Assembly: GCA_019057815.1 (NCBI GenBank)
Contig: JAHLWR010000009.1
Coordinates: forward strand, 64,001 to 128,000
DNA: 64,000 nt
Origin: Candidatus Heimdallarchaeota archaeon
Lineage (GTDB): Archaea > Asgardarchaeota > Heimdallarchaeia > Heimdallarchaeales > Heimdallarchaeaceae
Direction: 5' to 3'
The notes beneath the pieces are model-generated. The model ran no database searches, was not told the DNA's origin, and saw nothing but the letters and a program-made list of their open reading frames with translations. A program made the translations under genes and the position numbers. Positions 49,498 to 60,467 of the stretch are shown piece after piece. Within the stretch, counting starts at the first letter, position 1. Each line of letters begins with the position of its first letter.

Positions 49498-51114
49498 TCA
49501 AGCACTATGTTTGTAAATAATTTTCCCTTCAATAATTGTCATTTCGATAGAGATATCCTTGATTTTTTCTTCTTTAATTGTCAAGATATCCTCACCTAAA
49601 ACAACCATATCAGCTAGTTTTCCAGGTTCAATCGAACCAAGTACGTTTTCATCAAATGAATGATATGCAGCGTATGTTGTGTATAATTTCAGTGCCTCAA
49701 TGACTGATATTTTCTGATTTTCACCTATTGGTCTTCCAGCTTTTGTTTTTCTATTTACCAAAGCATGAATAGCCATAAGGGGAGGAAATGGAGCACAAGG
49801 ATGATCGGAATGAGCAGAAATCTTTACACCTGCGTCCAGAAAAGATCTAGCTGCAAACATAGACTCCAACCGTTTTTCTCCAAATGCAGGTATCAACTTA
49901 TCACCATGATAATAGGCATATGGACCAAATATGGTAGGAAATATTCCAAGTTTCTTTATCTTTTCAACTAGTCTATCATTTATAACTGTGCAGTGTATAC
50001 CCCTGTTTCTTGGATCTTTTCGTGGATAGTTTGTTTGAAGCTCTTCCATAATGTCCAAATACATTTCTATAGCTCGATCACCATTTGCATGTGCTGATAT
50101 TCTATAACCTTCTTTGTATGCTTTAGAAAGAACTTCAGTTGCAATCTCCTTAGTTGTTGCCATCACTCCATAGAAGTCTGGTTTGTCCAAGTAAGGTTCA
50201 GAAACAGCTGCAGTTCTAGCAGAAATTGCACCATCAAAGAAGAATTTAATCCCACATAATCTAAGCCAGTCATCACCAAGTCCTCTATATATACCAAGTT
50301 TGTCAAGCTCCTCGAGAAGATCTATTGTTACGTCCATCCTTACTCTAATTGGAAGATTATTGGAGTTTTTGAGATCAATAGCTGCTCGAATCTCAGATTT
50401 ACCAACTAAATCGTAAACACAAGTTAAGCCTGTTGATGCACATTCATTTAGAATTTGTTTAGCTCCTTCATAAGCTTGTTCTCTTGTCGGTTCTGGATTA
50501 CCTTCCGGTCTTAAAATATTGTGAGCTTCCTCATGGAGGCCTCCAGTTAGCTCACCTGTTTCAGGATCTCGATCAAACTTACCTCCAATAGGATCTGGTG
50601 TATCTTTTGTAACTCCTACTAACTTAAAAGCTATTGAATTAGCTATCCAGAAGTGCCCTCCAACAGTTGTAACTAGAATAGGATGATTAGTAGATACTTC
50701 ATCAAGATCCCATCGGGTTGGATGTCTTTTCTCCTTAAGCTTTGAGTCATCTTCTTGATACCCAAAAATCCATTTACCAACAGGAGTTTTACTTACTGTT
50801 TCTTTAAGACATGTCTGTATGTCAGCTATTGATGTAATTCCAGCTTCTTCGCTAAGATCAATATATATCTTCCTTGCGGCACCTACATACAAGAAATGAC
50901 CATGAGAATCAATTATTCCAGGAATTACAGTTTTTCTCTGAAGGTCTATGACATTAGTCTCTTCTCCAGCATATTCAGATATAATATCAAAGCTACTTCC
51001 AACTGCGATTATTCTGCCAAATTTAACAGCCACTGCTTGAACAATGGATTCTTCAGTGTCCATTGTTATAATTTTTCCATTATCTAGAATAAGATCTGCA
51101 TATATCATTTTCAT
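49498..51114 (-). CDS. Amidohydrolase 3 (YtcJ-like)
   Basis: PGIIDSHGH, KFFFDG, HANGDRA, HSD, GSIEPGKLAD. Confidence 0.92.
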   Translation of the reverse strand: MKMIYADLILDNGKIITMDTEESIVQAVAVKFGRIIAVGSSFDIISEYAGEETNVIDLQRKTVIPGIIDSHGHFLYVGAARKIYIDLSEEAGITSIADIQTCLKETVSKTPVGKWIFGYQEDDSKLKEKRHPTRWDLDEVSTNHPILVTTVGGHFWIANSIAFKLVGVTKDTPDPIGGKFDRDPETGELTGGLHEEAHNILRPEGNPEPTREQAYEGAKQILNECASTGLTCVYDLVGKSEIRAAIDLKNSNNLPIRVRMDVTIDLLEELDKLGIYRGLGDDWLRLCGIKFFFDGAISARTAAVSEPYLDKPDFYGVMATTKEIATEVLSKAYKEGYRISAHANGDRAIEMYLDIMEELQTNYPRKDPRNRGIHCTVINDRLVEKIKKLGIFPTIFGPYAYYHGDKLIPAFGEKRLESMFAARSFLDAGVKISAHSDHPCAPFPPLMAIHALVNRKTKAGRPIGENQKISVIEALKLYTTYAAYHSFDENVLGSIEPGKLADMVVLGEDILTIKEEKIKDISIEMTIIEGKIIYKHSA

Positions 51115-51145
51115 GAAATCCTTGTTTTTTCAAATTTGATTATTA

Positions 51146-52375
51146 TTAACTTTTTTTCCTTCTTCTGTACATCAAAAATGCTGTTGCACTTCCAGTTATA
51201 ACAATTACACTACTTATAGGTATAACATAATACATCCAAGTATTTGATGACCCATAATCATCAGATGCTGCAGGGATGATATATTGTTCTAACAAAAATC
51301 TTCTTACGTCACTTAAAGTATCAAAACTTGTGAAAATAACAACAAGGTTCTTTGAAGGAACAACGAATATTCTTTGACCAGCCCAACCCCAAGCAGAAAA
51401 ATGTTTAATTGAACAGGTTCTACAAATCCACCATTGATATCCATAAGCATAATTCAGACTAGATGATGTAACAAGTCTATTTGTTGCTTCTTGTATCCAC
51501 TCTTTAGGAACAACTTGTTGATCTTCCCAAGTTCCATTGTGCAAATATAAAAAACCTATCTTAGCCATATCGCGCGCTGTCAAGGAAAGAGCTTCACCCC
51601 CTCTTGTAATCCCCTGAGAATCGGTGTTCCAGGTATAATTTGTTATATTAAGATAGTTGAACAAATGATTCAACGCAAAAGCTTCCATTGAAATACCTGT
51701 CGCTTTTTGTATTATAGCAGACAAAAGGTGTGAACATCCCGTGTTATAGTTGAATTCAGTTCCAGGACTACTAACCATTGGTTTATCCAGAATATACTGA
51801 ATCCAATCTGACTCGGTTTTAACAGCAGTTAAATCATTAGCAGGACTAAAATAGCTAATATATTCATCCCATTCTAAACCAGATGTCATTGTAAGTAAAT
51901 GCCAAATTGTTATGTTTTGTTTGTCTTCGTCCATATTCTCAAATGTTCTATTTGGAAAGAAATCTAGTATCTTTTGTTGAATTCCTTCTAAATATCCTTC
52001 ATAAATAGCAATACCAATCAATGTTGAAGTGATGCTTTTTGTACAAGAATATATTGGGTTTATTATATTGATTCGATCAGAACCATAATACGTTTCATCT
52101 ACTAAATAGCCATTACGAACTATCAGCATACTAGTTAGACCAATATTGTGGTTTTCTACGTAATCTTTTAGATCACTTATTAATTCGGGATTCATTCCTT
52201 GTTTTTTTAAGCTAGATGTTTGCCAACTGTCAGTTGGCCAATAATTGGGTCCTTCCAGATAAGACACAGGCAAACCTAATATTGAAATCGAGAAAAATAG
52301 AACAATTAGAAATATACTCATAGTCACATATCTGCAATCTTTCGACTTTTTCATAGTATCACCAAGTAAACACAT
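51146..52375 (-). CDS. Membrane-anchored beta-lactamase-fold serine hydrolase (class C/NylB-like)
   Basis: SCTK (SxxK), LLTMTSG, YNT (YxN-like), GWAGQ; N- and C-terminal hydrophobic segments. Confidence 0.9.
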   Translation of the reverse strand: MCLLGDTMKKSKDCRYVTMSIFLIVLFFSISILGLPVSYLEGPNYWPTDSWQTSSLKKQGMNPELISDLKDYVENHNIGLTSMLIVRNGYLVDETYYGSDRINIINPIYSCTKSITSTLIGIAIYEGYLEGIQQKILDFFPNRTFENMDEDKQNITIWHLLTMTSGLEWDEYISYFSPANDLTAVKTESDWIQYILDKPMVSSPGTEFNYNTGCSHLLSAIIQKATGISMEAFALNHLFNYLNITNYTWNTDSQGITRGGEALSLTARDMAKIGFLYLHNGTWEDQQVVPKEWIQEATNRLVTSSSLNYAYGYQWWICRTCSIKHFSAWGWAGQRIFVVPSKNLVVIFTSFDTLSDVRRFLLEQYIIPAASDDYGSSNTWMYYVIPISSVIVITGSATAFLMYRRRKKS

Positions 52376-52414
52376 TTTTGCTGAAACTAAAACAAATATT
52401 ACTGTTTAACATAT

Positions 52415-53707
52415 TTAAGATATATTGAGTCCTTGTTCGATTTTTTCAAGTACTGTAGTAGCTTGATCTTCTGTTATACATAATGGAGGTTGTAAACGGA
52501 GAACATTTCCATAAATACCTCCCAAACCTATTATTACTCCTTCATTTTTCAGGTATTCAACCATCTTTTTCGCTTCATTTGAAGCAGGTGTTTTCGTTTG
52601 AGAATCTTTAACTAGTTCGATTCCAATCATTAATCCTTTTCCACGAATATCTCCAATAATTGGATTCTTTTGTTGCATATCTTTTAATCCATCTTTGAAA
52701 TGCTTCCCAATCTTTACTGAGTTATCGACTAAGCTTTCTTCCTGAATTATAGCAATATTTTCTAATGCTACAGCACTACAGACAGGATTTCCACCATATG
52801 TAGAGAAAAAGTCTCCAAATGCAACACAATTAGCAATCTCACTAGTAACAATAGCTGCACCTATAGGCATACCACCACCAAGCCCTTTCGCTAATGCCAT
52901 TAAATCAGGAGTAAGATTCCAATGTTCGCTAGCAAACATTTTACCTGTCCGACCAAAACCTGTCTGTACTTCATCTAGAATGAATAGTATTTCACGCTCT
53001 CTGAGTATCTTTGTGAGCGTTTTAAAATAAGAATCAGGTGGAATAATTATACCTCCTTCACCCAAAATAGGTTCCATAATAAAAGCTGCAACATCTCCAG
53101 CAGTGTGTCTATCAACTACTTTTTCTATAGCTAATGCTGCTTCAACACCACACTCTTCTGGAGATAGCTTTGATCTATAACAATAAGGAACAGGAGCATG
53201 AACAACTCCAGGAGCATTAGCATATGTACTAAATCCTTTCTTATATTTAGCTTGACCTGTTAAACTTAATGAATAACCCAATCTACCATGGAAAGAGCAC
53301 TCTAATGCAATTAGAGCTGAACCTGCTTTTCCTCTGGAGAAAGCATATTTCTTAACCAGCTTTACAGCATTTTCCACAGCTTCTGTACCACTATTACAAA
53401 GATATGTAAATTTGAGATCACCCGGAGTTATCTCTGCAAGCTTCTCAACTAAAAGCGTCTGAGGTATGTTAAAGAATCGTCCTGAAGTATGAATTATTTT
53501 TGACATCTGTTCTGATGCAGCTTCCACTAATCGACCATGGGCATGACCGACATTTGAAACGGAGATTCCAGCAAAACAATCAATATACTCGTTTCCTTCT
53601 AAGTCTTTGAGTAATGTCCCTTTTCCTTCTGTTAGTACAATAGGAACACGTTCATATCCTTGAACAAAGTACTTTTTATCGCTTTTCATTATCTCTTTAG
53701 AGTCCAT
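52415..53707 (-). CDS. Class III PLP aminotransferase (AGXT2/beta-alanine/GABA-type)
   Basis: NSGTEA, SFHG, EPILGEGG, DEVQTGFGRTG, AKGLGGG, TYGGNP. Confidence 0.93.
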   Translation of the reverse strand: MDSKEIMKSDKKYFVQGYERVPIVLTEGKGTLLKDLEGNEYIDCFAGISVSNVGHAHGRLVEAASEQMSKIIHTSGRFFNIPQTLLVEKLAEITPGDLKFTYLCNSGTEAVENAVKLVKKYAFSRGKAGSALIALECSFHGRLGYSLSLTGQAKYKKGFSTYANAPGVVHAPVPYCYRSKLSPEECGVEAALAIEKVVDRHTAGDVAAFIMEPILGEGGIIIPPDSYFKTLTKILREREILFILDEVQTGFGRTGKMFASEHWNLTPDLMALAKGLGGGMPIGAAIVTSEIANCVAFGDFFSTYGGNPVCSAVALENIAIIQEESLVDNSVKIGKHFKDGLKDMQQKNPIIGDIRGKGLMIGIELVKDSQTKTPASNEAKKMVEYLKNEGVIIGLGGIYGNVLRLQPPLCITEDQATTVLEKIEQGLNIS

Positions 53708-53853
53708 TTCTAACCACCTTAAATTGTTTATTTGGTTTTTATATTTTTCTGTTTAGATAAACATTAGTTTTCTAAACATTTATATTATCACTAGATATTT
53801 AAATATTACTTGAAAGATAAAAGCAAAACTAATAAAGCTGGTAGAGTGAAATT

Positions 53854-55311
53854 ATGACTGTTGAGATACTAAAAAATTACATTAATGGTAAATGGGTGGA
53901 ATCAGAAACTGAAAAAACAAGAGATGTTATTAATCCAGCTAATGGAGAGTTACTAGCTCAAACACCTTTATGTACAAAAGAAGAAGCTCTATTTGCTATA
54001 AAAGCCGCAAAAGCTTCCTTTTGGAGATGGAGAACAACTCCTGCTCAATCACGAATAAGGTATCTTTACGATTTTCGTGATGCTTTGGAAGAAAATTTCG
54101 ATGAATTAGCTGAAATGGTCACGCTTGAACATGGCAAAACATTAGATGAGTCAAGAGGAGAATACCGTCGAACAATAGAGAATATTGAAGCTGCAACGCA
54201 TATCCCTTCTCTTCAAATGGGATATAATTTTGAAGATATAGCTTCCGGTATAGATGAAATGGTAATAAAACAGCCTTTAGGTGTATTTTTCTGTGTTGCA
54301 CCTTTTAACTTTCCTGTAATGGTTCCAGCATGGTTTTGGCCATATGCAATAGCTACTGGAAACACTTATATTGTCAAACCTTCTGATCAATGCCCAATAA
54401 GCATGGTAAGGCAATTTGAACTTCTGGATGAGATAGGTTTTCCAGATGGTGTTATAAATTTGTTGCATGGTGGCTCAGAGGTAGTCAGTACTTTAATTGA
54501 GAGTCCAGATACAGTAGGATTATCTTTTGTTGGTTCAACGAGGATTGGTAAGCTTCTCTATAAAAAATGTGGTGAGATGGGTAAACGAGTCCAGGTTCAA
54601 GGAGGGGCCAAGAACTTCATCACTATAATGCCTGACGCAGATATTGAACGAACTATTCCTAACATAATTACCTCCTTTTATGGTAATACGGGGCAACGTT
54701 GTCTTGCAGGCGGTGTATTGCTAACAGTTGGAGATATTCACGAACCTATAAAAAAATCACTTGTTGAAGCAGCTGTTCAAATAAAAATAGGGAAGGGAAT
54801 AGATGAAGACATACATATGGGTCCTCTTGCTTCAAAATCAGGAATGGACAAAGTCTTGAGTTATATTGAGAAAGGAATTGAGGAAGGGGCAGAACTAATA
54901 CTTGATGGTAGGAATATCAAAGTAGACGGTACTCTCTCTGAAGGATTCTTTATCGGTCCTACAATTTTTGATAAAGTTACTTCTGATATGGTTATTGCTC
55001 AAGAAGAGATTTTTGGTCCAGTGATTCCTATAATCAATGTGAAAAATCTTGACGAAGCCATAGATATAATCAATGCAAATCGCTATGGTAATGCTTCATC
55101 TCTCTTCACTTCAAGTGGTAAAGCTGCTAGAGAATATCAATATCGTGTTCTAGCAGGCAATATAGGAATTAACATAGGTGTTGCTGCTCCAATAGCTACA
55201 TTTCCATTTTCAGGAATGAAAGATAGCTTTAAGGGAGATTTACATGGGCAAGGGAGGAGTGGTATTGATTTCTTTACAGAAGACAAAGTAGTAATATCCC
55301 GATGGCTTTGA
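53854..55311 (+). CDS. mmsA: CoA-acylating (methyl)malonate-semialdehyde dehydrogenase
   Basis: PFNFP, SFVGS, QGGAKN, GQRCLA, EEIFGPV, GINIGVAAP, FSGMKDSF.GDLH. Confidence 0.9.
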   Translation: MTVEILKNYINGKWVESETEKTRDVINPANGELLAQTPLCTKEEALFAIKAAKASFWRWRTTPAQSRIRYLYDFRDALEENFDELAEMVTLEHGKTLDESRGEYRRTIENIEAATHIPSLQMGYNFEDIASGIDEMVIKQPLGVFFCVAPFNFPVMVPAWFWPYAIATGNTYIVKPSDQCPISMVRQFELLDEIGFPDGVINLLHGGSEVVSTLIESPDTVGLSFVGSTRIGKLLYKKCGEMGKRVQVQGGAKNFITIMPDADIERTIPNIITSFYGNTGQRCLAGGVLLTVGDIHEPIKKSLVEAAVQIKIGKGIDEDIHMGPLASKSGMDKVLSYIEKGIEEGAELILDGRNIKVDGTLSEGFFIGPTIFDKVTSDMVIAQEEIFGPVIPIINVKNLDEAIDIINANRYGNASSLFTSSGKAAREYQYRVLAGNIGINIGVAAPIATFPFSGMKDSFKGDLHGQGRSGIDFFTEDKVVISRWL

Positions 55312-55355
55312 TAGATGGTTGCGAGAGAATGATATAGCTTGAAAAAGGTGATTAT

Positions 55356-55775
55356 GTGAGTTTAGGAACTTTAGGGGCAATACTGAAATATGCTATAAGT
55401 CTTGAGAACACAGCAATAATATTCTACGAAAAAGCTAGAACTGGTACAAGTGATCAAGAATTAATCGATGTATTTGAAAGCTTAATAATACAAAATCAAA
55501 AAAGTATCAAAAAATTGAAACGAACTCGTCGTGAACATACTATAGAGATGATTCTTGAGCCAATCAAAGGTTTAGAAAGAGCACAATTCATTATCAAAAC
55601 TCAATCTTCAGAAGGAAGTGATGATAAATTATTACTTGTTTTAGCTAGAACGATGGAAACGAAAATTGAAGAATACTATATTGCTGTAGCTGAAAAAATA
55701 GGTTTTTTAGCTGAAGTTTCTTATACATTTCAACAGCTAGCTGAAAAACACGCAGAGAATCTTTCAATTTTATAA
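55356..55775 (+). CDS. Rubrerythrin/ferritin-like small protein
   Basis: AISLE...FY and ME...YY duplicated helices; EMILEPI. Confidence 0.65.
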   Translation: MSLGTLGAILKYAISLENTAIIFYEKARTGTSDQELIDVFESLIIQNQKSIKKLKRTRREHTIEMILEPIKGLERAQFIIKTQSSEGSDDKLLLVLARTMETKIEEYYIAVAEKIGFLAEVSYTFQQLAEKHAENLSIL

Positions 55776-55875
55776 TTAGCATCTACCATTACCTTTTTCT
55801 TGTTTATATTTTAATATTTTTCAATTGTAATAAGATAACAAAAGTATTTATTAAAACAATCTAGATTCTTAACAA

Positions 55876-56946
55876 ATGAGTTTCTTGAAAACTATGCGCA
55901 AACTCTCCATTCATTTTTTGGTTTACATTCTAATTGTAGGTTTAATTATGGCCTTCAGTGTTCTTATTTTTAAATTTGGTCCGCCAAAGATTGAATTCTA
56001 TGATTATAGTTGGTCTCATCTTGAACCTTATATTCCGGAAACTAATACAACGTACAGTGTTTTATTTGATCAACATTCACATACAAAATATAGTGATGGT
56101 AGGTTAACTGTTAAGCAAAATATTGAATGGCATATTACTATGGGTTTTACAGCTGTTGCAATAACAGATCATAATACTTTATCAAATTCTGATGAAATCA
56201 AACTGTTAGCTGAAGAATACAAAAAGGAAATAATCGTTATTCAAGGAATGGAGTGGACAACAAGGAGAATTCATTTGAATTTTATTGGTATATCAGAATG
56301 GCACCTTAAAATACCTATAAATCCTACTGACATTGAAATACAAGAAGCAATAATAGAGGTTCACAATCAAAACGGCATTGTTACAGCTAATCACCTTCCG
56401 TTTACAGAAAGAACAATAGGAAACAAAATGCCTACAAAAGAGGATCTTCTTTTATGGGGTGTTGATTTTATAGAAATTGTCAATGGAATGGATTTTGATG
56501 AGAAATCTTACTCTTTTTATCTTGAAAATAACGAAACTATAGGTCTAATTACAGGAACAGATATGCATAGTCCTGATAGTTCTGAAGGAGGAAGAGTCTA
56601 TGCATGGACGACACTAAATACAGACAATTTCTCTAAAACAGCAATTATGGCTGAATTAAGAGATCATAATACTTCGTTCATTGTAAATCAGATGGGAGTT
56701 GAAATTCAAGGAATACATAAGATAAGTGCGACTTATATTGCTTTGCAACCTTTTTATGAACTTGGTGAGGGATTAGTATTTTATTATTTTAGATATGATA
56801 ATGTCAAAGATAATTTCAACAGAGTTATTGTATCAGTTTTCATTGTTTATTCCTTTGGAATATTCATTCTGATAGAATTTTTATTATATTTGAGAAATGT
56901 ACTTAAGTATAAACATAAGAAAAAACTTAAATCGAGTTTAAAGTGA
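55876..56946 (+). CDS. Membrane-anchored PHP-domain phosphoesterase
   Basis: DQHSHT.YSDG, ITDHN, GMEWT, NH, GTDMH; terminal TM segments. Confidence 0.9.
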   Translation: MSFLKTMRKLSIHFLVYILIVGLIMAFSVLIFKFGPPKIEFYDYSWSHLEPYIPETNTTYSVLFDQHSHTKYSDGRLTVKQNIEWHITMGFTAVAITDHNTLSNSDEIKLLAEEYKKEIIVIQGMEWTTRRIHLNFIGISEWHLKIPINPTDIEIQEAIIEVHNQNGIVTANHLPFTERTIGNKMPTKEDLLLWGVDFIEIVNGMDFDEKSYSFYLENNETIGLITGTDMHSPDSSEGGRVYAWTTLNTDNFSKTAIMAELRDHNTSFIVNQMGVEIQGIHKISATYIALQPFYELGEGLVFYYFRYDNVKDNFNRVIVSVFIVYSFGIFILIEFLLYLRNVLKYKHKKKLKSSLK

Positions 56947-56981
56947 TACTCATCAATCTTAAGAAGAGTTTTAGTTATTAT

Positions 56982-59153
56982 TCACGGTTTTTCTCTGTTC
57001 TCTTTTCTCTTCATTTCAAGATAGATTTCTAACTCTAAGAGTTCCTTAATAGGTAATGTTATCTGAGCAACATAATTAGATTTTTCATCAGTTTGAATGG
57101 TTGATGTAACAGCTTCTTCGATAAGAACTTCGTTTTTTACTTTTTCTGTAAATTCTTTCCATAATTTCATATATTTTTCATACTGATTATCAGATAAAAA
57201 TAGATGATTCAAAGTGATTTCATCAGTGAAATTAAAGAGTTTTTTCACTTTTTCTAACTCTTTTTTACTAGCTGGTTCATCCTTCTTCGGATCTGGTTTC
57301 AAGAGAACCTGTTCTTCCAAAAAGTTTTGATATTTATCTATTAATAATGTAGTATCCCTAATTATTTTTATCATCAAACGAGGAATCATGAATGAATCAA
57401 TAAAAGATCTAAATTGTCCTTCTTTTTGTTCTAAAGTATCTATGATGTTCGTATTTAGTGGTTGAATTAGATCGCTTCCTTTGGAGCTTAAAACATAATA
57501 TTTTTTGAGCATTTGTGCTGAGCGTACTTGCTCTTCCCTGGACACTTTAATAAGATCCAGATTTGCTAATAGTTTTAAGTGCCCTGTCAAAGCTCCTTTA
57601 GTAATTTTAAGTTGATTACTAAGATTATTTAAGCTTCTTTCTTTCATAAAAAGAAGAAACATTATTCTAAAGGGTGTAGGACCCTTATTATACAAGTTAA
57701 GAAAGTCGCATAAATATTGTGTTCTTCTTAAAAGTTCCCGCGCTTTTGTAATATCAATTTCTGCTAATGCAGACTTACTAAGACTTAGGAACTGTTCTGC
57801 TGCAATAGAATAAGATTGCTGGAATTGTACAGAAGAGAGAGTGTCAGAAAGTTCAGTTAATTCACTAACTAAAATACCGTCACCAAAGTATTTTTTTATC
57901 TCCACAGCAAGGATTTCACTATAATTAACCATGGCAATTTTTGTGAAAAGGTAGTTAACTATTTCTTCTTCTGTTATTAGTTGAAGAATTACTTGAGCTT
58001 TCTTACGGTTTTTTATACTTTTACCAGACTTTAAGATCAAAGCTTCAGCTAAACGATAAGTCTGATTGAATATCTTGTTTTTATATTGATTATTTATTTC
58101 TTGTAATCTTCTTAAATAAGTATCAATATCAGCAGAACTAAGTTTTCTTTTTGTAATGAAGTGTATTAAATCAAAAAGAACATAGACTTCTGGATCAACA
58201 TTTTCGACTTTTTGGGCATAATTTAGAGCTTTTTCCAAAGTGTCTAGCACTAATTGAGGATCTTCTAAATTCTCAAAAATTAAACTTAAACCCATCAATG
58301 AAAAAACTATTCCAAATTTGTAGTTTATGCTTTGATTAATGAGTAAAGATTCCTCATAATGAGTTTGAGCTTGTTTTAAATCATCTTTTTCTCTATGGAT
58401 GTCACCTAAATTGAGCAATGTCCAAGAAATATCCTGTTGATTACCTATTTTCTCTCTGATTTTTAAACTTCTACTTAAGCACTTTTGAGCTTTATCAATT
58501 TCTCCTTTGTTTAGCCATGAATGTCCCAAACTAAATAATGAATGCGCTAAACTCCATTGATTCACCATTTTTTCTCTCATATCTAGACTTTTTTGGAAAT
58601 TATCTATTGCATTATCTATATCTCCTCTTTCACTATAAACCCAGCCTAAAAGATAATATGCTCGAGCCAAATGTGATGAATCTGCAATTTCTTCACACAA
58701 ATAGAAATTCTCTTGAGCAAAAATATAAGCTTGATCTATATCTCCCTTAGCAGTATCTACATATGTTCTATTGACAAGTAATTTAGACTTTCTTATGTTT
58801 ATTCCTTCAAGATTGCAGCTATTAATAAGGTCTTTAGTAGTTTGTACTAAACCTGAAGCATATTCATATTTATTCAAACGATAATTTGCATAGGTTTCAA
58901 ACGATAAAGCATCAATTTCTAGTAATATATCTTCTTGCTTCTTTGATTCTTTGCGAAGTTCTATTGATAATGTAATTGTTTTACTATACTCTCCTAAACT
59001 AGTAAAAACTTCACACTTCTGGTTTAGCAATGTTAAATTCTCTCTACCTGTCAATATGTCCTCTTTCTGAAATTTGTTTATTACATCAAGTGCTTCTTTA
59101 TATGAGCCTTCTGCAATGAGATTTTTAATTTTTATTGATTGATTCTCATTCAT
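56982..59153 (-). CDS. TPR-repeat protein with C-terminal ArsR-like HTH (transcriptional regulator)
   Basis: MalT-like TPR repeats; SLNNLSNQLKITKGALTGHLKLL..KKYY. Confidence 0.85.
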   Translation of the reverse strand: MNENQSIKIKNLIAEGSYKEALDVINKFQKEDILTGRENLTLLNQKCEVFTSLGEYSKTITLSIELRKESKKQEDILLEIDALSFETYANYRLNKYEYASGLVQTTKDLINSCNLEGINIRKSKLLVNRTYVDTAKGDIDQAYIFAQENFYLCEEIADSSHLARAYYLLGWVYSERGDIDNAIDNFQKSLDMREKMVNQWSLAHSLFSLGHSWLNKGEIDKAQKCLSRSLKIREKIGNQQDISWTLLNLGDIHREKDDLKQAQTHYEESLLINQSINYKFGIVFSLMGLSLIFENLEDPQLVLDTLEKALNYAQKVENVDPEVYVLFDLIHFITKRKLSSADIDTYLRRLQEINNQYKNKIFNQTYRLAEALILKSGKSIKNRKKAQVILQLITEEEIVNYLFTKIAMVNYSEILAVEIKKYFGDGILVSELTELSDTLSSVQFQQSYSIAAEQFLSLSKSALAEIDITKARELLRRTQYLCDFLNLYNKGPTPFRIMFLLFMKERSLNNLSNQLKITKGALTGHLKLLANLDLIKVSREEQVRSAQMLKKYYVLSSKGSDLIQPLNTNIIDTLEQKEGQFRSFIDSFMIPRLMIKIIRDTTLLIDKYQNFLEEQVLLKPDPKKDEPASKKELEKVKKLFNFTDEITLNHLFLSDNQYEKYMKLWKEFTEKVKNEVLIEEAVTSTIQTDEKSNYVAQITLPIKELLELEIYLEMKRKENREKP

Positions 59154-59189
59154 TGTGATAACCTCAAACGAGAAACTAATGATTTATAT

Positions 59190-60467
59190 TTATTCCATAT
59201 TATTAATATTCTTGTATCTAATACATGCTACAAAGTAATCTTCCTCAACCTTTTCAAGTTGTGGGTCTATTTTGAAGCAATCACCTTCTGCATATAGACA
59301 TCGATCTTGAAATCTACATCCTTCTGGTATGTAAATACCACTAGGAACTTCTCCTTTAATTGGTAACTCCTCTGTTCTTCTAGCATCTGGGTCAGGTTTA
59401 GGAACTGCAGCAATAAGGGCTTGAGTATATGGATGTAATGGATTCTTAATAAGTTGCTCAGTTTCACCTTGTTCTACAATTCGCCCTAGATACATAACAG
59501 CTATACGATCGCACATGTTACGTGCTAGAGCAAGATCATGAGTAATAAAGAGAAAAGCTGTTCCATGTAATTTAGTTAGTTCTTGCATTATTTTAAGCAC
59601 TCCAACACGTATAGATACATCTAACATGGATACAGGTTCATCAGCAACTATAAATTCAGGATTTAATATGAATGCTCTAGCTACTCCTACTCTTTGCCTT
59701 TGACCCCCACTCAGTTCATGAGCGTATCTATCGAGAAAATCCCTAGCTGGAACAAGCCCAACAGCTTCCATTTCAGCAATAACTTTTTCTTCGATAACAG
59801 CTTCATCTCTATCAATTTTTAAAAGTCTTAATGGTTCTGCTACAATATCTAGAACCCTAAATCGAGGACTTAAAGAATCATAAGGATTCTGGAAAACTAT
59901 CTGAATATCTTTTCGTAATTTTTTAATTTCTCTTTTAGAAAGACTAGCTGTGTTAATTCCTTTAAAATAAATTTCCCCACTTGTTTTATCAAGAAGATGA
60001 AGTAGTAGAAAACCAGTCGTGGATTTCCCACACCCACTTTCACCTACTAATCCAAAGGTTTCACCACGCATTATCTTAAAAGAAACACCATCTACTGCAT
60101 GAACATAAAGTTGTTCTCCCCCTGATAATATTCGTTTCAAGAAAGCTATGTTTGATTTCCATCTATCTTTCGTAAATAGTGCTCTATATGTTTTTGATAT
60201 TATAGTAGCTATAGAGTGATTAAAGCACTTGAATCCACTAGTCAATTTGTTTTGGATAATTATTATAAATGGTTCATCATTTCTTTTTAGATTTATCCAA
60301 GTTTCCTTTAAAAATGGTTTTCGAAGAAAGTTCTTTATAGATTGAGTGATTGCTGATATTTTTTCTGTTGGAATTAAACTAGCAAGAAAACCTTTCATTA
60401 CTGGAAACAATTTTTTCAAATTAACTGCTTCTATTACTATATTATCATCAGTCATTATCTTCCTCAT
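59190..60467 (-). CDS. oppF: Oligopeptide ABC ATPase OppF/DppF with large N-terminal insertion
   Basis: GESGCGKST, LSGGQRQR, DEPVSMLD, HPYT, GCRF..RC. Confidence 0.93.
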   Translation of the reverse strand: MRKIMTDDNIVIEAVNLKKLFPVMKGFLASLIPTEKISAITQSIKNFLRKPFLKETWINLKRNDEPFIIIIQNKLTSGFKCFNHSIATIISKTYRALFTKDRWKSNIAFLKRILSGGEQLYVHAVDGVSFKIMRGETFGLVGESGCGKSTTGFLLLHLLDKTSGEIYFKGINTASLSKREIKKLRKDIQIVFQNPYDSLSPRFRVLDIVAEPLRLLKIDRDEAVIEEKVIAEMEAVGLVPARDFLDRYAHELSGGQRQRVGVARAFILNPEFIVADEPVSMLDVSIRVGVLKIMQELTKLHGTAFLFITHDLALARNMCDRIAVMYLGRIVEQGETEQLIKNPLHPYTQALIAAVPKPDPDARRTEELPIKGEVPSGIYIPEGCRFQDRCLYAEGDCFKIDPQLEKVEEDYFVACIRYKNINNME

